Assembly: GCA_018061205.1 (NCBI GenBank)
Contig: JAGOUP010000001.1
Span: forward strand, 1-46,616
Length of the DNA: 46,616 bases
Reading direction: 5' to 3'
From: Candidatus Levyibacteriota bacterium
Lineage (GTDB): Bacteria; Patescibacteriota; Microgenomatia; Levybacterales; UBA12049
The position numbers and the translations under genes were made by a program. Below are positions 41,606 to 46,616 of the stretch, piece after piece. Within the stretch, counting starts at the first letter, position 1; each line of letters starts with the position of its first letter. The notes beneath the pieces are model-generated. The model worked only from the letters and a program-made list of their open reading frames with translations. It was not told where the DNA came from and ran no database searches.

Positions 41606-42742
41606 ATGAAAATCGGTAAATTAATCAAACAACCCACAGGATATAACGCATTTATTCCAGATAAATTTCCTCCAGTACCACCAATCAGTTTAAATGCCAA
41701 AACGCAGCAACTACATGCTAAAGCGGCCCTTATGGTAGGAAAATTAGATGGCATAACCCAATTATTGCCCGACCTTGATTTCTTTATTTTCATGTATATT
41801 AGAAAAGAAGCATCAAGATCAAGTGAAATAGAAGGAACAAGAGCAACAATGATAGATGTTATTAAGACAGAAGCAGAGATAGATAATAAGTTACCTGAAG
41901 ATGTCGATAGAATTTTACACTACATAAAAGCCATGAATTATGGATTAAAAAGGATTGAAGACTTACCTCTTTCTTTACGATTTATTCGTGAAGTTCATAA
42001 AGTTCTTTTGGAGGGGACTATTGATGCACCTGGTAAAACGCCAGGAGAATTTCGTAAATCTCAGAATTGGATAGGAGGAGGTTCTCCAAATACTGCTAAA
42101 TTTGTTCCTCCGCCTCCCATAGAAATGACACAGTCTTTGGGTGAGTTAGAAAAATTTCTTTATTCAGAAGATGAATATCCACCGTTGATTAAGGCAGCTC
42201 TGGTTCATGCACAATTTGAGACCGTTCATCCATTTCTTGATGGGAATGGTAGAACAGGAAGATTATTAACAACATTTTACTTATGCAAATTGGGTATTCT
42301 TGAAAGACCTGTTTTATATTTGTCTGATTATTTTTTAAATAATCAGCAAGCATATTATGATGCTCTTAATACATATCATAGTGAGAACGGTGCTGTTGCA
42401 ATTTGGTTAGATTTTTTCCTTGATGGAATAGCAATTATTGCAGCAGAAGCAGTTGAAGTATCAAAAAAAATTAATGATTTAAGTAAAAAAGACACAATAA
42501 AAATTCAATCTCTTGGTAGGCGTACAAAAACAGGAATGACTGTACTCGAAAATCTGTACAAGTTACCAATTATTAGTGTACGGAAAGTTGAAGAATGGAC
42601 AGGTCTTTCTCGAACCCAAGCAAACGAGTTAGTCCAAAAATTTGTAGAATTGAATATATTAGAGCAAAGAGATAAAGAAGTAGAGTATGGGCGTGAATTT
42701 CGATATAAAGACTATTTGAAGTTATTTACTGACGAGCTTTAA
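41606..42742 (+). CDS. Fic-family protein (AMPylase type) with N-terminal inhibitory motif and C-terminal wHTH-like region
   Basis: 378 aa. Fic motif HPFLDGNGRTGR, upstream SSEIEG matching the (S/T)xxxE(G/N) inhibitory helix motif. AGGAG lies 9 nt upstream of the ATG. Confidence 0.85.
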   Translation: MKIGKLIKQPTGYNAFIPDKFPPVPPISLNAKTQQLHAKAALMVGKLDGITQLLPDLDFFIFMYIRKEASRSSEIEGTRATMIDVIKTEAEIDNKLPEDVDRILHYIKAMNYGLKRIEDLPLSLRFIREVHKVLLEGTIDAPGKTPGEFRKSQNWIGGGSPNTAKFVPPPPIEMTQSLGELEKFLYSEDEYPPLIKAALVHAQFETVHPFLDGNGRTGRLLTTFYLCKLGILERPVLYLSDYFLNNQQAYYDALNTYHSENGAVAIWLDFFLDGIAIIAAEAVEVSKKINDLSKKDTIKIQSLGRRTKTGMTVLENLYKLPIISVRKVEEWTGLSRTQANELVQKFVELNILEQRDKEVEYGREFRYKDYLKLFTDEL

Positions 42743-42863
42743 GTATTTTATTTTTGTTATAAGCGCTTAATCTCTTTCTTTTGTTTTTGGTATACTCTTC
42801 TTAAATCGTCCAACCATTTAATAATTTTTTCGAACTGTGTGTTCGTCGGGGAGCTTATTTGTT

Positions 42864-43244
42864 TTATTTCCTAAGAAGCTGATTGTAGTGAGCAAAAACC
42901 TCATTCATATCTAAATCTCCCACGTCAGCGTTTTTAGCATACTTCTTTACTTCCTCATAGTCTTTAAGATTCCAATTATTTTTCATCTGTAACGTAAAGA
43001 TTTTTCCTTTAAATACTGCATACAATATATTTTTGTTATAAAACATCGCATTCCAATCAGGTTTTAAATTTTTTGATATCATTTCTACAACATCATCTAT
43101 TTGCTCATCTTTAATTTTCAATATAAAAATGTGCCAAAAGCCCATCCCGTCTGCTCTTTTCTCAACAATAACTTTATGATGGGTATAGTTATTTAAAATT
43201 GTTGGATCTTCAAAGCTTTCTGATTCAGTAAAACCGTAAAACAT
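42864..43244 (-). CDS. hypothetical protein (family shared with 40114..40506)
   Basis: 126 aa. Starts 4 nt downstream of the EamA-family gene stop, probably co-transcribed with it. Confidence 0.5.
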   Translation of the reverse strand: MFYGFTESESFEDPTILNNYTHHKVIVEKRADGMGFWHIFILKIKDEQIDDVVEMISKNLKPDWNAMFYNKNILYAVFKGKIFTLQMKNNWNLKDYEEVKKYAKNADVGDLDMNEVFAHYNQLLRK

Positions 43245-43248
43245 AAGA

Positions 43249-44163
43249 TTATTTTCCTTCTTTTTTCAAAGGATAAATGCTTGTAAGATAAAAACTTACT
43301 CCAATAATCAACGTTGCTATAAAAAGTAATGGTGTTACTTTTTCTCCAAGCAGCGGTATAGCAACCAATGCCGCACTGATGGGAGCGATATATGTGGCAG
43401 AAGATACGATAAAAGATGTTGTATATTTTGTAGCCCATGCATAGAGAAATATGACAGCGACACAAGAAATTGTTCCTAACAAAATAATACTAATGATGGA
43501 TTCTGGGAAAATATGTCTTGGAGGGAAAGTGCCATTTTGGAATTCTAAAAAAACAAATGGCACACTGATCAGAAAATTTGTGAGACATGCATACATCGTA
43601 ATAGTTACTGGGGAATATTTTGTAACAAATACTTTGGAGGCCACCAAATAACATCCCCAAAAGATAACAGCAAGAAGTACTAATAAATTTCCTTGGAATG
43701 TGCCAAATGATAATTGCGTTACCGCCGAAGTACTAAAAAACGATTGAGCAATAATAATAGTCCCTCCAATAAGGCCTAATGCTACGCCTATTATTTCAAA
43801 TAGATGAAATTTCTGACGAAACTGAATTGTCGAAAGAAGTAACACAACAATTGGAGTAAAAAAATAGAGTATTTGTGCAACAATGACCGTTGTGTATTTA
43901 ATACCAATAGTAATTGCCAGGCTATTTCCCGCTATAAATAGTAATGCCCAAAAAAGTATTTTCAAATCTTTCTTCTCGATTTTGTATTGTTTCGTTATCA
44001 AAACAATTGGTATCAAAATCGCACTTGCCAAAAGATAATCCAACATAAAAGTAGCAATTGGAGAAAAACTTTTGAACGCAAATTTGAGAAACACACCACC
44101 AACACTCCCTAGTATTGCGGCCAGAATAATAGTCGCTATTGCCATGTTTGCATGTGATTTCAT
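43249..44163 (-). CDS. DMT-superfamily (EamA-like) transporter
   Basis: 304 aa, about 10 hydrophobic segments in two similar halves. Confidence 0.75.
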   Translation of the reverse strand: MKSHANMAIATIILAAILGSVGGVFLKFAFKSFSPIATFMLDYLLASAILIPIVLITKQYKIEKKDLKILFWALLFIAGNSLAITIGIKYTTVIVAQILYFFTPIVVLLLSTIQFRQKFHLFEIIGVALGLIGGTIIIAQSFFSTSAVTQLSFGTFQGNLLVLLAVIFWGCYLVASKVFVTKYSPVTITMYACLTNFLISVPFVFLEFQNGTFPPRHIFPESIISIILLGTISCVAVIFLYAWATKYTTSFIVSSATYIAPISAALVAIPLLGEKVTPLLFIATLIIGVSFYLTSIYPLKKEGK

Positions 44164-44179
44164 TATTTTTAGTATAACA
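44164..44179 (-). promoter_or_regulatory. extended -10 tgttatact, 7 nt before the EamA-family ATG
   Basis: Minus-strand reading tgttatact-aaaaata-ATG. Confidence 0.5.
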
Positions 44180-44192
44180 TCTTCTCTTATGG

Positions 44193-44207
44193 TGCTATAA
44201 TCATCTT
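44193..44207 (+). promoter_or_regulatory. extended -10 tgctataat, 6 nt before ATG 44208
   Basis: tgctataat-catctt-ATG. Confidence 0.55.
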
Positions 44208-44543
44208 ATGGTATTACCATTTTCTCCATCTATCTCCAAAAACGGCTTTGTATTTATTTCCGGACAAATTCATCTTAAAGATGGAAAACTTTTAGAAGGA
44301 ACTATTGAAGAACAAACGCACCAGATAATGAAAAATCTTCAAGCTCTTTTAGAAAAAGAGGGAGTATCGTTCAAAGATGTAGTAAAAACAACTATCTATA
44401 CCACGGATCTATCTTTATATGAAAAGGTAAATGAAGTATATATCAGTTACTTCTCTGAAAATCCACCTGCAAGAGAAATGGTAGGCGTCAAAGAACTTCC
44501 TCTTGGAGCAACATTGGAAATAAGCATGATCGCAGCTAAATAA
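44208..44543 (+). CDS. RidA/YjgF/YER057c-family protein
   Basis: 111 aa. VFISGQI...TTIYTTDL...PAREMVGVKELPLGATLEI blocks. The N-terminus is short for the family. Confidence 0.75.
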   Translation: MVLPFSPSISKNGFVFISGQIHLKDGKLLEGTIEEQTHQIMKNLQALLEKEGVSFKDVVKTTIYTTDLSLYEKVNEVYISYFSENPPAREMVGVKELPLGATLEISMIAAK

Positions 44544-44619
44544 ATATATCTCTAAAGGTCTCCTCTGTTTCAATAAAATGCGTTCTAAGTGTTCAAACGC
44601 TGGGAGTAAATTCTTCTTC

Positions 44620-44634
44620 TGATATAATTGCCTC
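44620..44634 (+). promoter_or_regulatory. extended -10 tgatataat, 6 nt before ATG 44635
   Basis: tgatataat-tgcctc-ATG. Confidence 0.5.
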
Positions 44635-45393
44635 ATGCAACCTACCTCATACGAAGAAGTAAATTCACTAATTCAACTTCTCCTATCACAAATCAAAGAT
44701 ATTCTTGGTGAAAAAATGATTGGATTGTATCTCTATGGTTCTTTAGTAACGGGTGATTTTGATATAAAGATTAGTGATATTGATCTCCTCTGTGCAGTTT
44801 CATCAGATGTTGATTCTCATGAGTTTGAAAAACTGAAACAAATGCATGAAGACTTTGCGAAAACTCATAAAGCATGGAACGATAGGATTGAAGTGCAATA
44901 TCTCTCTATAGATGGATTAAAAACATTTAAATCAAGAACGACAAAGATGGTAGATATTAGTCCTGGTGAGCCAATTCATATACTAGATGCTGGAAAAGAA
45001 TGGTTAGTGAATTGGTATATGGTACAAGAAAAAGGCCTAACATTATTTGGTGCTTCTTCGAAAACTATAATTGATCCAATTTCAAAAGATGAATTTATTG
45101 AAACGGTTAGAGAACATACTAAAATATGGAGGACAAAGGATATACCAAAACGAAGAGGCTCTCAAGCCTATGCTATTTTAACGTTGTGTCGTGCATACTA
45201 TACATTGAAACATGGTGAACAAGTTCCAAAAAGAGAAGCTGCTGTTTTTATACAAAAAGAATTCCCTGAATGGAAAAGTCTAATAGACGATGCGCTACAA
45301 TGGCGTGATGAACAGTGGAAAACTCAAGCTGAAGATGAAACAGTTTATCCCCAAACAGTAAAATTTGTTAATTTTATGATTGATCAGATATAA
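44635..45393 (+). CDS. nucleotidyltransferase of the aminoglycoside adenylyltransferase (ANT/AadA-like, DUF4111) type
   Basis: 252 aa. LYLYGSLVTGDFDIKISDIDLL minimal NTase motif plus an AadA-like C-terminal helical domain. Confidence 0.7.
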   Translation: MQPTSYEEVNSLIQLLLSQIKDILGEKMIGLYLYGSLVTGDFDIKISDIDLLCAVSSDVDSHEFEKLKQMHEDFAKTHKAWNDRIEVQYLSIDGLKTFKSRTTKMVDISPGEPIHILDAGKEWLVNWYMVQEKGLTLFGASSKTIIDPISKDEFIETVREHTKIWRTKDIPKRRGSQAYAILTLCRAYYTLKHGEQVPKREAAVFIQKEFPEWKSLIDDALQWRDEQWKTQAEDETVYPQTVKFVNFMIDQI

Positions 45394-45400
45394 TTCTAGT
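45389..45400 (+). promoter_or_regulatory. -10 tataat, 6 nt before ATG 45401
   Basis: tataat-tctagt-ATG, located inside the 3' end of the ANT gene. Confidence 0.4.
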
Positions 45401-45823
45401 ATGAACATTCAAGTACTAGAACAAAAATCAGAAGAGATGAAAGCTTTTGATAAGCATGAATGGAAAGCATATGATCAAGAACACTTTGGGCATGTAATAG
45501 TCTGGGATACCAAAACGTATTTCCTTAAAGCAGAAGATGAAACAGGAATACTCGGTACGCTTGAGGTTAAAGTAGAGGGAGGAGTTGGTAAAATAAATAC
45601 TCTTCTCGTTGGAAAAGGTAATCAACGAAAAGGGGTGGGAAAAGCACTTATGGAAAAGGCGGAAGAAATAACTAAGCAGCAAAATGGACATAAACTTTTT
45701 TTGATGACAGGAAAAGGATGGGAAGCAATAAAGTTTTATGAAACAATGGGATTTGAAAAGACTGCTGAAGTAAACAATCACTACTTTAATACCGATTTTA
45801 TAGAGTTAACAAAGTTTATTTAA
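45401..45823 (+). CDS. GNAT-family N-acetyltransferase
   Basis: Acetyl-CoA motif QRKGVGKALMEKAEE. Start set to ATG 45401, 6 nt after a tataat box inside the end of the ANT gene. Confidence 0.7.
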   Translation: MNIQVLEQKSEEMKAFDKHEWKAYDQEHFGHVIVWDTKTYFLKAEDETGILGTLEVKVEGGVGKINTLLVGKGNQRKGVGKALMEKAEEITKQQNGHKLFLMTGKGWEAIKFYETMGFEKTAEVNNHYFNTDFIELTKFI

Positions 45824-46584
45824 AATAATCTGCTATTCTTGAAATAGTGACTCCAATCTTCTTCTTGAAACTCATTTAATACCATACAAATATCTATGCC
45901 AAAATCGTTTTGAATGTATATCCATACACACTTTATTTCAGATACATCTATCGCTTCAGGGAATAATTGCTTAAAGTCCTTATATTTTGCTTCTACTTGT
46001 AAATCTATTTGTATAAGAGGAGTAGAAGACTTAGGGAAAGAAACAATTTCGATTTTTGGTCTACGAGTAAGATTATAATCAACCATATTACTTTCAATCT
46101 CCTCTTTTGTACTAGGAAGAATAAAATCCCACGGCTCATCTGCTAATTTTTTGGGGAAAGTATGATAGAGACAAGTATCCTTTAATTTTTCTCGCAGTTC
46201 CAGAATTTTGGGATGAATGCCTTCGAAATAGGGAAGATTAAAACCAGTATGGTCTATCATTTCTAATGACAAATCTTTAGCTCTTTTGAGATAATCATCT
46301 AAACTAATATGCTGATATGCATGAGGACTTTTCTTTTCAGTACCAGTGGTATTTATAATATCTACAGAAAATGAAGAGCCATCACTAAATTTAAAATGCA
46401 CTTGTGGAATCTGTATGTCTGAAAAAGAAAATCTTGTTGAGGGGATATATATACTTTCTGAAAGATGTAGTTTTACTTCTTCATTTTCTATAGTTCCTAG
46501 ATGAGAAAAGTAGTCCAAAAAAGATTTAGTAAATTCTTCATTTTTGTTTGGCAGTATATATTGCACTTCTACTAAATATTTCAT
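45820..46584 (-). CDS. hypothetical protein, paralogue of 34303..35064
   Basis: 254 aa, collinear with the 253-aa ORF. Here it stands alone with its own tgttatact box upstream. Confidence 0.6.
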   Translation of the reverse strand: MKYLVEVQYILPNKNEEFTKSFLDYFSHLGTIENEEVKLHLSESIYIPSTRFSFSDIQIPQVHFKFSDGSSFSVDIINTTGTEKKSPHAYQHISLDDYLKRAKDLSLEMIDHTGFNLPYFEGIHPKILELREKLKDTCLYHTFPKKLADEPWDFILPSTKEEIESNMVDYNLTRRPKIEIVSFPKSSTPLIQIDLQVEAKYKDFKQLFPEAIDVSEIKCVWIYIQNDFGIDICMVLNEFQEEDWSHYFKNSRLF

Positions 46585-46603
46585 TGTTACGTGTAGTATA
46601 ACA
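46585..46603 (-). promoter_or_regulatory. extended -10 tgttatact, 10 nt before ATG 46584
   Basis: Minus-strand reading tgttatact-acacgtaaca-ATG. Confidence 0.45.
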
Positions 46604-46616
46604 CCTTCTTCTATAG

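Noticed and set aside
1-46616. Alternative genetic code (TGA recoding as in some CPR lineages)
   Set aside because: Conserved genes such as guaA, purD and purQ terminate at TGA at the expected length, and long ORFs contain no in-frame TGA. The standard code fits.

Overview
AT-rich bacterial window using the standard genetic code (TGA is a stop). It probably comes from a small-genome, CPR/Patescibacteria-like organism, but that is inference only. From 1 to 33.2 kb the content is housekeeping. It holds a PduO-type adenosyltransferase, a Pro-rich protein coupled to a VirD4/TraG-like membrane ATPase, tRNA-Ile(UAU), a 2-hydroxyacid dehydrogenase and purine salvage/interconversion genes (guaB, add, guaA, an NMN adenylyltransferase, a PfkB kinase). 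A 15.6-kb minus-strand purine supercluster follows: purA, HAD, maf, purB, purK, purE, purC, purF-purN fusion, purD, purS-purS-purL fusion, purQ, purM. purH is absent. After it come dnaG, rpoD, thiL, a UgtP-like protein, a four-helix-bundle (23S IVS family) gene and tRNA-Asn. From 33.2 to 46.6 kb, after tRNA-Asn, lies an accessory-looking block of small-molecule-modifying and transport genes: cupin, APH-type kinase, ANT, GNAT, two NUDIX, Fic, S58 peptidase, MFS, EamA, RidA. This block contains four internal paralogue pairs. The strongest signal not explained by genes is a set of small dispersed repeat families confined to the first 33 kb. These are a double-hairpin mini-element (tgtcatcctgaa...ttcagcatgaca), a 19-bp hairpin (tcctgagcttgYcgaagga), a 150-200 bp composite repeat, ACTTTT/AAAAGT palindromes, and 7- and 9-bp tandem arrays. 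Several of these lie in frame inside or at the ends of essential genes (purK, purD, purL, purC, purF, pduO-like, NMNAT). One locus shows a filled versus empty insertion site. Many genes also carry an extended -10 box 5-7 nt upstream of the ATG, which suggests widespread leaderless mRNAs. No transposase, integrase, CRISPR array or rRNA gene is present.
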